Below are positions 26,201 through 38,200 of a DNA stretch of 64,000 nt, one piece after another (positions within the stretch are counted from its first letter, which is position 1; each line of letters starts with the position of its first letter). Both the position numbers and the translations under genes were made by a program. Below the pieces are notes generated by a model. That model saw nothing but the letters and a program-made list of their open reading frames with translations. It was not told where the DNA came from and did not search any database. Source of the stretch: Antedon mediterranea. Taxonomy: Eukaryota > Animalia > Echinodermata. The stretch lies in NCBI RefSeq assembly GCF_964355755.1, contig NC_092680.1:20903045-20967044 (forward strand), given 5' to 3'.

Positions 26201-28413
26201 GACATGAAAAGAGAATAGGTAATAGAAGATATAAAGATTATGTAATAAGAAAGAAAGTAGCCTAATGTATCTTACTTCCAGGGGTATAAAATGTGCGACA
26301 TCCGCAAGCATTCATGAAGTAGTTTGTTTGGCATTCAAGATAGCATCTTGATTGAGTGTAAGATGCGTTCTTGTAATACTGCAATTGCTTCGTTCCTTCT
26401 GCAACGCATTGACCGTGTGGTGCTGGTAGCATTGTCAACTAATAAAATAATCATGTTTTTAGTTAATTACTAAAGGACAGGCATTTTAGGATAAGGATAA
26501 AGGAGACTTTTCCTCTCCTTGAGCGTGGATTATTTATCATTTTTTTAAATGTCGGTAACTCACAATGTCGGTAACTCACAATTCATTCATTCTTGTTTCA
26601 ATGTGGTAAAGTATGTTAATTTCCAGTAGGTTTTACACAATGTCAGTGGTTGTTGTCTTTACAATAGGCAATTTAATAAACCTTACATTGTCTGTTGTAA
26701 GAGTTAATGGTGGTTAATGAATGACTATATTGATAATTATATTAAATTTCTGAATGATTTCCTTCAATTATAGGTTAAAAGCAAGCAATAATCGACCTGT
26801 ATTTTACAACGAACACGACTTAATTGAAGTCGGTGCTAATGTTAGTAACAAATACATTCTCGATAATTATTGCGTAATTTCACCTCGTGATTTGAAATAC
26901 GAGACTGATTATGCATTCATAAAGTAGAATATAAAATACGTATGTTTCTCCTTCGAGAAGACCACGACAGAACTCCTGTACAAATGTCTTGATTCTAAAT
27001 TGAATTATAATTGTGTTAATGTGTTTCTTGATCACTTTTTTCGTTGTAAGATTCCTGTATTAGTTAATTAATTTTTTACGATATTTTAAAGCTATAAATC
27101 TTTCTTAATTTGAATGTATTTTGAACGAAATTATCAACATTTAATCTTTAATCTGTGTTATCAATCTGTTATTTTTACACTTGGTTCGAAATAAACAATA
27201 GAATGATTTCATCCATCGCGCAGTTGAAAAGACTTTGCGACACAATATTTCATAAAGAAATACAATATCATTAAACAAACTTAAATCTTACGCTTTGTTT
27301 TCTTAAGCCAATCGATGCCCTCATCCCTGTGCCAACATCCACGCCTGAAGCCTCTATATTGGGAGAATCATGGTAACAATCAATAGCAATACGAAATCCA
27401 ACATTTTCTCTCGGAGCTGTTATGTACTGCACATGCTCTACGTTGAGTATCATACTTAAGCCATAACGTTGTCCTAAATACGAAAAAAAAATCAATAATG
27501 ATTCTATACTTTTATAATACAGCCTTGCCACAAGTCTAGTTATTTCGAAGCCGTTCGATGCTCAAATAGTATACGTAAGAAACGCCATATGTGCCAAAAT
27601 ATTTATCTTTTTACTAATATTAAATCAAAACTCCGTCGGGAACCAGACTACCAATTCCTGGGTCATCAGGCCTGAAATAATTTAAAACTACAATGTTTTG
27701 ATTTTTAATCACTGCAAAATCAAAATCAACCAATCCCAACCAGTTTCTTATTAAACTAATTTTACGATAATTACAATTTTAGGCCTACCGTACCGGCATT
27801 TTTAATTGACGTCATCGAAGTAGGTTGGAATACGTAACATGCCCCGTAGTTGGTGAACTCCATCGTAAAATTGTCTGCACCGCATTCTACCCCGTTGAAA
27901 ATACACCTAAATAATAATATTTTAAAACGCCCAAATATAATGTCTTTAAAATTAATCAATTAAATGTGATAAGATTATCATGAATAATCCTAGGTCATTC
28001 GTTTATCCTCACGTTGAATTTAAGTTGATATAGGAACATTAAGATGATTAAAAAAGTTCATTTGGTTTTAGCTATTCATAATTATTATTAGTTTATAATT
28101 CTTTTTGATGAATTAGAGTGTTTGATATTATATTGCCTTTGTCATTGTTTTTCTTATTGATTTCTGACTTCCTAAGATATAAGAACAGGTAATATAACCC
28201 TGTAGTAATTTCCTTTGTCATTAGCAAAGGATAATATTATCATCGTCTTAGTAATTAGGACATGAAATGTGTTTTCAGGTATCGCAAGTTTCCAAAAATG
28301 ATGATTAAATTTGCCAATCATTGCCATCCCCATCATGATCATTATCATTATCGTCATTATCACCATCATCGGCATCATCATCAGCATCATCATCATCATC
28401 GGCATCATCGTCG

Positions 28414-28445
<32 letters not shown>

Positions 28446-31233
28446 GTGGTAGTCATGATGGTGGTGGTGGTGGTCCTTGCCATTATCATCCTCATCTGCA
28501 TCGTCGTCGTCGTCGTCATCATCATCATCATCCTCATTATCGGCATCATCGTCGTCATCATCATCCTTATCATCGTGGTAGTCGTGATGGCGGTGGTGGT
28601 CATCATCATCATCATTTGCATCGTTATCATTTGCATCATCATCATCATTATCATCATCATCGTGGTCATCATCATCATCATCATCATCATCAGTTAGTAT
28701 CTTTCTTTCTACTACAACTATCGGATCTTTACATTTCTAACATATCTTTCATCTTGTGACTATTGTAGCGAATAAATTCTTGCAGATTGGAATTGTCTGG
28801 GTAGGTTTCTCCATCTAATTCACTTGAATAGCTATCGTTGATAGTTGAGGTAATCCCTACTTCTGGCATTATACTACGAAGATATTGAAGTCCAGTATCA
28901 TAAAAAAGGGCGTAGCCTCCTAACAGAGGTGTTACGTCATCAAACCTGTCACGATAACATTATATCTTATTAAATCTAATCTATACAATTAGGGTGATAT
29001 ACGTTACTAATGTTATTATATCACTATACAGTTTATTCTAAATTATGATCAATTTTCTATAATAAATTTAGTTAATAGCGAAAATTATGTTTATGCGTTT
29101 AAAATTTGATAGCAGAATAAAATATTCTCTCTATTCAATGAATGTAAAACATTCGTGATAAAAAAATTAACAAACGAAATTGCTAGGATATATGTTGGCT
29201 TGTTATAATATGATTTAAATTATTAATAAAACCACCTACTTGAACATATTAATATTGCACACTGTGACTTTCGGAAACATGAGTTCAGATTGTATGACGT
29301 ATTTCAGGTTTGTGTTCGTTGGAAAATCAAGGAATTTGGACACCGATGAGTTCAGTTGGTAAACAAGGCCTGTCAGTGCTAGGATCAGTATAATTATCCA
29401 CGCTGTCCTAAAATGTATTTTAAAAAAAATATGTCAATGTATTTTTGAAAAAAAAAAAAACAGTGTGTAGACCTACAGTAATATTTCTTTAATTTTATTT
29501 TTATCTTTTAATTGGCCTATAAAAATAATGTGATTTATAAGTTTCTATTTTTAAATTTGTAAATATGATTTTTTGATATTTGTACAATTTTTATAGTAAT
29601 TTTAAGTTTAACTGAATTATACAGTAATTTACCTCCGCAAAGGAGGTATATGTAATCGGTAGCGTGTGTTTGTTACTTGGCCAAATTGAAAATTGGCGAA
29701 GTATGCTGATTGGTGCGGTTTGTGTGTTTGTTTGTTTGTCATCAATCTAGCGCTCACAATCTTTATTCGAATGACTCCAAATTACTACCATACATGTCAC
29801 CTGGTGCAAGGACGACACTGCCCAATTTTGGTGAAAATCCGGACCACTGTCCCAATTTTGGACCACTTTGTAAAATTATTTTCAGACCTGCTAGTGTTTT
29901 CAAAAGCCGGTGAGCAGTCTTAAATTAACAAGTAAACTAAAATTGCATTTTCTCGAGAACTACCGTACTTGTCCAAATAGCTTCATTTTTGTACAAGAGA
30001 CAAGAATTATAATTTTTAATCTTAAAACATAATTTGATTTAATGAGCACGTTTTTTTATGCGAGTAGTTTAAAAAACCTATTTCTTTTCAAATTCACTCG
30101 TTTGATTTTCGTGTTGCTGTTCTATTGTTAGTCAACTGAAGCTATTGTTAATTGAAAGGCTTGTTACATAACCATTAACCCCCAAACTCGCATACACTCG
30201 CTTGTAGTGAAATTAGCTTAAATCACAAACAGCATTAAGACAAACACAAATATATATATATATATATATATTTTTTTTTTTTTACCGGAGAAATCTATGT
30301 AGGAGAGTGTTACAGTAGGCGGAGGTGCACTTTCGGAGTAGCTTTCTAAATATTACTGTATCATAGGCCTTAATGTGTTTTTTCTTCGTTAATCTTTGTT
30401 TTATGTGAATTATCAATTTCCTATGTAAGCTCTTCATTTCAACTATGAGTTGTATTTTGAGTCTTTTTATACCGATTAAATAAAAAATAAATAAATAAAG
30501 ATAAAACATATAAAATTCATAAAAATAATATAAACATAATTACATAATAAAATTAAAACGAAATATTTTCTTTTTAACGAAGGGTAGAGGATAAACAAAT
30601 CGTTTAAATACAGAATTCTACATTAGATATATTTATTGATAATAAATGATTCTTATACCTTGAATGAACCAATCATTGAGAATGCAGTGGTAATGTTATC
30701 ATAATTATATAATATAACTTCATTGAAATTTATTGAGCTCCTTTTTAAATTAGTTAAGAATTCATTTCAAACAGTCCAAAACCTCTCCCTCAACCCTTTC
30801 AAAATACTGAATCCGCAATTGACCGGCACATTCCAATATACATTATATAATTTGAATTGTATAGGCCTACTTTTTGGTTTTAAACATATTAATTATCTTA
30901 CCTTCTACTACAGTTGTTTTCACCAGTAACGTTTTTAAGTCCATGAAACGACGTTTCATCACTGAAAATAGCAAACTTGTTGCCACAGCATCCACGTTTA
31001 GCATTTTCTTCAGTCCCGCCGTCCACAGTGACCGGTTTCTTCATTTCCAACGTTGCGTCGTCTGCCAACCATGCACCAGGCTCAACCTTCGCTAATCCCC
31101 ATGCCTCTGCTATTTTATTCTGTGTACTTCTATTCGTAATGATTGACATTTCGTTAGTTTCCAAAATATAACTTGGATTTTGATTGTCAAACATTTTCCG
31201 CCGAGCGTTCTCATCCCCAATGTGCTTTTCCAT
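23274..31233 (-). CDS. DEG/ENaC-family (ASIC-like, amiloride-sensitive) cation channel subunit, ~705 aa, 11 coding exons
   Basis: Exons 31233-30902, 29407-29240, 28945-28733, 27906-27794, 27473-27292, 26438-26276, 25874-25815, 25670-25493, 24985-24497, 23917-23826, 23401-23274; all GT-AG, sum 2118 nt, open frame. Family motifs: pre-TM1 TSFHG, TM1 (AWIIILILALTGLVYQL), FPKVTVCNIN, Cys-rich thumb (YTQSRCYLEC...CGC), DIYFETLN, TM2 CDLGGALGLFFGAS with GAS belt. Confidence 0.93.
23634..23780. mobile_element. PIF/Harbinger-like MITE family A (~150 bp)
   Basis: TIR (A)GCTCTGTCTACACTATCAAAC / GTTTGATAGTGTAGACAGAGC(T), TAA/TTA flanks in several copies, internal TGTGATGTGCCCA..TATGG palindromic core. 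Other copies at ~34418-34562, 49320-49480, 51570-51822, 59187-59309, 62222-62349, 62923-63062, 63421-63550. Confidence 0.8.
26098..26147 (-). ncRNA. Minimal type I hammerhead ribozyme motif (Penelope-like element type), copy 1
   Basis: Minus strand reads ...CACTC-CTGAGGA-A-GATCAA-agtata-TTGATC-GAAAC-GTC-GAAAAA: CUGANGA core, 6-bp stem II, GAAA, palindromic ACGT minimal stem III, GUC cleavage triplet. Stem I is weak. Part of a ~110-bp repeat (26050-26147) also found at 35145-35250. Confidence 0.7.
28317..28692. repeat. Degenerate (CAT/GAT)n trinucleotide repeat, intronic in the channel gene
   Basis: About 125 triplets with CGT/TAT/GGT variants. Lies ~40 nt downstream of the donor at 28732; the exon frame reads ATG TAA if unspliced. 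Confidence 0.95.
29628..30348 (+). mobile_element. Helentron/DINE-1-like non-autonomous element
   Basis: 5' TTACCTCCGCAAAGGAGGTA hairpin followed by (TGTT)n microsatellite. 3' sub-terminal inverted repeat GGCGGAGGT then imperfect hairpin GCACTTTCGGAGTAGC-TTTCTA. This layout is characteristic of HINEs. Confidence 0.7.
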
Positions 31234-32273
31234 AGCGTTAGAAATGTATTATTCAGTGTATAAAAACACTTGATTTATTAAGTCCTTTAAAAGTGCATTT
31301 GTCTTATTCTCAATAAATACAAGGCGACTTTGTACACTTTCTAGCTCATCGTCAATAATGTCTTAAACCCGTTTTCCACTATGCAAATGTATTCGAAAGC
31401 ATTGGCTTATACGCATGCGTATTCATATTTTCATCTACCATTTATGACGAGAAAAATGCGTAACCAATCAACAGGCTTTTAGGGTGTGTTAGCAATTACG
31501 GTAACGTGATCCTTCTAACCTTCTAATTGATTCGCTTAGTAACTGCGATTAAATTTAAATCAAACTTCAAACATTTATTCTTCTTCCTTAATCATATTGA
31601 ACATTTATGGCAAGCCTTGTAGGTTTCTCAAATACCTCGTCAACATTGATCGATTTCTTTGTCTACGTCATGATAGATATTACCGTGTACACAGGTTTGA
31701 TTGCAATTTGACTTTGAATGCAATCGATTTGATAATTTAAACGTAAATATTTGAAAATTATAAAGTTGATATAATTCAAATATTATGCCAATAAGTGATT
31801 ATTGATTTGAATTAGCATATTACTTATTAGATTGTGAAGGCAAACAGTTGTTGTCTCAGTCTGTGGTATAAGCAACTCTTTGAACTTTAACGACAGCACA
31901 TTATCACTGTTGTTGCGTAAGTCTCTGTCCACGGTATTAGAAATAAGTCTAAAGACACCATCTGGTAGTTAAAGTCATTTCTGGAAGTTTAGATCCGTCT
32001 GGTAAGGTCAATCTATTTTCGAAATTGGTTTAAGCATGTCGAAGTCAGTCTCGTAAAGTAAATAATCTGTCTACTAAAACTGTGATTTGATACAAATACA
32101 AATTCACCATTTTTATTATCTTTTATCTGTGCTTAGAGACTAATTTATTTACATAGTTTTACAAGAATACCGCCCTGTGATCTTTATTCACAATTATATA
32201 AAATTAAATACAAAATCATTAAATATTCTGTTTGATATCAATCTGAAATGATTCATGTGATCTCATGTGACCA

Positions 32274-35200
32274 TTACGTCAGCACCACGCGCTCTCTTTT
32301 TTCCAAGGCAGCTCTCGCCTTTGCAGCATTTTCAACAAATTTCTGAAAGAAAATTTGATTAAAAACATGATTGTCGTTTTCACACTTAAACTTGCATTAC
32401 ACTCAGATACAACTTAGTAGTGGATCTTGCTAAACTGATTCCACTTTGTATAATAATATTAATAATAATGATATTGATTATTATTATCATTACACGATAA
32501 TTGTATAACATATTGTGCAATCCGAAAAGCCCACTATGTAAAATGCTAGCCATGCAAACAAAATGAATCAATAGAACATACCATCAGATTCTTACTCATG
32601 TAGTAAGGTTTTACTATTCCATCGTTGGCCTTACAGTCTTCGCAGAAACACAAAAACAATGTATCGATTGCCATCTAGTAATAACAACATTAGTCTTGTT
32701 TAAAACCAGCCGATTGTGCAGTCGGTCGCTTAAGCCTAACTCAGAGAGCATCTTAAGCCTAACTCAGAGAGCATCTTAAGCCTAACTCAGAGAGCATCGT
32801 ACGACGAAGCCCGACAAAACGTCTTGACGTCGTCGGTGCTGTCTGAGTTCAATCCTGACGAAACGAGTCGTTTTGAGATAGCGTCGGGCGTAGTTTTTAG
32901 GTCGTCGGGTTTTATTTCTTCCGACGAGACGACCCGTCGTACGACGCTGTCTGAGTTTGCCTTTAGTCAACAGTCAAGGACAAAATCGTAATTATTACCT
33001 ACGGTGTTCTGATCGGTCGTTCTGTCATTTTCTTTAGTAATTTAGTCTTTCTCAATTAAAATAATCATCAATTTTAAATTTTAATCATCATTTAATCGCA
33101 TTGGTAAATTCTTACCTCATAAACGGACAGAAAAATATGGCTGATAAGGAGGGCAAAGATGGCGGCAAGAGCGATAGGCACAGCATAGTAATTGACGTCC
33201 GGGTCATCCTAAATTGTAGATAATATTAGTGTTTAGTAGTGTTTAGTAGCTGTCTAAGAAAAAAAAGTATTACCCGAGCAGGGAGTTGTACAACTCCCTG
33301 ACCCGAGGCTGCAATGACACAGTTTCCCGGGGTCTTGAAATAATGTCAACAGTTTGACATCATATGCAACACATTTGACCAATCACGGCGGGTTTGAAGA
33401 TACATTACTTAATAACGTTTTTGCGTTCCTCCTGTGGGAAACAGCTTTAACAGGTGGTTGTGCAGCACAGTTGTACCTAGATTTGAATTGAACTAAAGGA
33501 AGCATTCTCAGAAATACAACTTATCAAAAACATTCATATTCACCTGTAAAAATTCCAACCCGATGACGACGACGGATGCGGCGACGGCGACTTTTCCGAG
33601 AAAGAGCAAGAAATCTCCAACTGAATTGATGGCAGCCACTCGGAGAGCGTTGGATATTAACACTGCGAACGCCTCCTTTGCTGCTTTGCAGAAACTGTAC
33701 CCATGAATTGCTTTGAAACGGAAATAATGAGAGAAAGACATGTTAAATATTGTATTTGATAATGAGATCCTAGATGCTGAATTATATGAACCAATATCAC
33801 TGTGTTCTCTGAAATATATGTCACTCAATATTATGTAACTTCAGATAATATCACTCCACATAGGACATTCGATTACTTAAGAGCTATTTTTACGATCCAA
33901 AATGTTCAAAGTATAGAGGCAACAATTGGTACCGTACGTCTTAAGGGTAACACATAACATACTCATAGGACGATATAAATATATTTTTTGAACTCTGTTT
34001 GATAGAATAATAAAGTTAAATGTATTTACCAATTTCAATGTAGGCATTACGATTGATGAATTTTAAGACCTTCTCAAAACACCAAAGACAGCATTGTAAG
34101 CATTTTAATATGTACTTCAACAGTTCATTTTGTGATCCTTTCAGTCTAATGTTAAAAAAAAAACAGCATTAATCTTAGTTTGTAAAGTAGTAGTAGGGAT
34201 CTTTAGATTTGATTGCGACAATCCAAGAAATTAATGTTTCAAAATAACAATAACTGCAGTCGCGTGCTCAAGATAGTGTTTACCAACCGACCGACATAGC
34301 GAGCTGTAGAGTCGCGTTGCACGCGACTAAAAATGTAGGGTATTGCCAGATCGGATCTCATATTACGTCGTTGGTCGTTGACTAGAACTAGAATCCGCCA
34401 AAACTGAGTCGAGTTACGCCTTTGTCTACACTATCAAACTATTTTGACAAAGAAAGTGTGATGTGCCCAAATATGGTAGTGATATGCCTAAATATGGTAG
34501 TGTACATATATGGGCACATCACATTTTGTTTCCACATAAAGTTAGATAGTGTAGACAAATCTTAAGATCAAAATGATTTGATGTGGCGCGCGTAATTACA
34601 TTTTAAAAAGTAGCATGAATTTCTACTGCTGTAGTTACATTATTAAGTTGCCATTCGATTATATAAGATAAATACATTTTTCAATCAGGCCAGTAGTTTT
34701 ATATTATCTTTTTGAAACTCGAAGAAGGTAGACATAATTACGTACACATAATATTCACATTTACAATGATTAGGAACACATGAGGAACAGCAATATTAAT
34801 ATATTATTGAGAACATTAATCATGAAAAAGCACTTACTTTGATTGGATGTATCCAAGAACGAATCTTGCGAACATAACCAAGGCGATAAGTAATGATCCG
34901 AAGGCAATTGAGCCAAGATGGTATCTGGAAAAAAATATATTGGAAAAGAATTTAATGTTACGATATGCTTTCTACAACTTCCATACACCCTGTTCGCCAG
35001 GGAGTCATTTTCCGTCAAAAATATTAATATTAAATTGTTTTGAATTGCATTGTTTAAGACTACTGGTAATAACACATTATCCGGAATAAAGTTAAGTGAA
35101 ATAATAAATATTGTTTGAAGGTTTGCATGAAGAGATCAATATGTAGATATAAAATTTGTGGTACACCACGTACAAAGTTCTGAAAAGAACTGTTGAGTTT

Positions 35201-38200
35201 CTCTACGTTGTCGTTTCGATCAATTACACTTTTATCTTCCTCAGGAGTAGTGAGAATGTAGAGCTAGCCTAGAAAGTCCAGAAACAGGGAATATAAGTGC
35301 AATTGGGTGGGACCTGGTGTGAAATCTAAATCCAATTAAATTAACATACTACTACTACAATTAATTTACTAAAATAAACTTGTCTATTTATTTATCTCTA
35401 TTTACCTCAGAACACGGCCAACTGAGCGCAAGATAGGCCATCCCAGCGTAGACTTGTCTCGCGTGAAAAACCAGATAGAGATAGCACTGGCGATTACAAA
35501 CTGTTGGCAGGCTATCATGAACTGTGACCCCCAGAACAAGCCAAACAAATGGTACCACCACATATACTGTCAAATATAAATCATTATTAACATATTGACA
35601 AACTGAAACATAACGTACCAACTTCACCAACAAAGATATAATATTGTCCCCCCTAAAAATATATATATTTTTAATTTGTTGTTGAATATGCCATTTTAAT
35701 GTAACATAATAGTTCACTTTCATCAAAAACTGGATCGAAAAAAAATGTAATTTAAAGCAAAAAATACCTGAATTGTCTGTCAGTGTGACAGTGTTCTTTT
35801 TTTTAAGTAACCTTTTTTTTTATGAGTGAAATAATTATTTTTGATGATTTTTTTCAACAGATGTGAATAACTATATTAAAACTGCAAAATAGAATATTCA
35901 ACGTCTGATTTTATTAATCTCTATTTTTCGTTTTGTTTGGGGACAATACATCTTTAAGGAATACCATTTCATACCATTATTGAGAAATATACATTTGAAG
36001 TTGGTCCAAAAGAAAAGAATTAAAAATAATCTTTACAAAGGAGGCATATAGTGTAGTTAATGTAGCTAATGACTGGAGGTATTCGCTTTCGATTATGTTG
36101 TGCTAATCGATTCAAACCAATTGTACCTATCGCATAACTATAATACTGAAATAATATAAGTAATACTGATAACAATTGTTACTACTGTATAATTGCTCCT
36201 TTGTGAAATTAGAGATTTGAATTGATTTGTGAAATTGGTTTGCGTTTTACGAATTAATACAACATAATTTAAAAAATAATTAGAATTTTGTTCGAATCGA
36301 TTTCTAATAATACAAAGCATCAAGGAATGAAGTATTATTTCCTTTTTTGTTAGATAACGACTTAAAAATTGATTATTGCATTATATACTTTCATATAACA
36401 TTTTTCATTTGCTCAATTCTCTTCCAAATTCACTCAAACAAAATATATTTGAATTGTACAATTGCAAATTAGTACCGACGCAGAAATTGATTATTAGCCT
36501 ACATTCAAAAAGTTTTGTAACTGACATTTTTCATTTACGCAATTCTCTTCCAATAACACTCACTAAAAACAGGTTATAATTTATTTGTATACAAATTAGC
36601 AATTGCGATAAAGTTATATTGGATATTGGTTTTGCTGTGGAACGTTATAGAATTATTGCCAATACCTCAATAATTTTCTCTTGTTGGTACTCGACCCTTC
36701 CGTCTTCTTGTGCAACTGGCTCTCCTGATGTTGTAAGATAGAGAAATACAGCTATCCAATAGCAAGTAAGGATTGCTAGAGCTAAGAACGTCTAAATAAA
36801 AGTAAAACGAACATTTATTTGGTATTATTTTTTATCTTTTTGTTTTATTCAAAAAGCAAAAACATAGAAAAAAGAAAAACAATAAAGATAAGTGTTAATA
36901 ATTTCACGAGCGAAGTACATTTTAAATGTTATTGAGCGCTAACGTTTTATGTTTTACAAAACGAAGGAATTTAATGTTTTCCTCCTTTTTTAATAATTAT
37001 ATTTTATGTGTTTTGACTGTCTTTTGCTGAACTTTCTTCTTCTGTTTCGTTTTGTGGATCTGTGGATGTGTTCGCTATCTATTTGTATTGATCTGTGGAT
37101 GTGTTCGCTATCTATTTGTGAATTCGTTGATGTTTTATCGTTCTTCGAAACCTTGTTGCTCTTATTCTGCATAAACATCCGAATCAATTCACGTTTACAG
37201 CTTTTACCATAAGCCTACTTGATATAATCACGGAATTACTCCATGATATAATGATGGTAAGATCTTAAAAAAGAAGATTTACTGATTGTTGTATGTAATC
37301 CAGTCGACAAGACCCATGCGGGAGGAAGTTTATAGTCAGCAGACAAGAAACTGAAGTTGCTGTTTCTTGTCGCTAGAAATGATACAGTACGAGAATCGTA
37401 TGTTGCTTACCCAGAATGGTTGAAGTAGAAGCAATGGTATTGCACCAATTGCCTTGCCCGATTCTTTAAACAGCGCCACCACTAGTGCAATTCTTTTACG
37501 CATAACGAACAGTAACAGCAGTAAGATAACCTATAATAAAAACAAAGAAAACGAATTGAATTTGTCTGGGAAACTAAAAGTTAAATTGACCAGCAATTTG
37601 TGGTGCGAAATGTCTGCAGTTTATTAAATTACGGCAAATATATTGTAAAATGAAGTTATTCAAGTTTATACTTTCATGTTTCACGTTGACAATGAGTCAG
37701 TCTTGGCGAGCATGTTTGAGAGAGAGATTTAGAAAAGACAATAAAAAACAAGTTAACATTTACCGTAACCCCTGACGTTACACTGGCGTATATTAACATC
37801 GTCTTCACATTCTGTTTATCCGAATCTAGTTGTTCTAATACACAAAAGAAAACAAAAACATAATTATGATTTGTAAAAAAGTTGCGTTGATGAAAAGGAA
37901 TAGTACCGTTAATAAATAACGATTTTCTCATCTTGGTTCGACGTACGCACAACCTACAGTACGTTGTTGTCATTTGACCAATCACTATCGACAGATAGAT
38001 ACTTGCGTTGCATTGGTGTCCATAAATTGTATTTTAAAGAGTTGGAGCTTGTGTTCACTGCTAGTATAAAATAGCGCGTTATTACATAAAAATTACCTTC
38101 GACTGGGATCTCATCTAGATCTCTCTTGCGTAAGAACCATTGGTACCATAGGTAACCACTGCCACCAATACTTCCCATGATAAAAAACACTACCATAAAC

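Noticed and set aside
28172-28759. Poly-His, poly-Ile and poly-Met ORFs as real proteins, or an Asp-rich insert in the channel
   Set aside because: These are by-products of a stop-free trinucleotide repeat. The channel exon ends at 28733 (AT|GTAAAG) and joins 27906 to give the conserved HKMKDMLEMCIFNG, leaving the repeat intronic.
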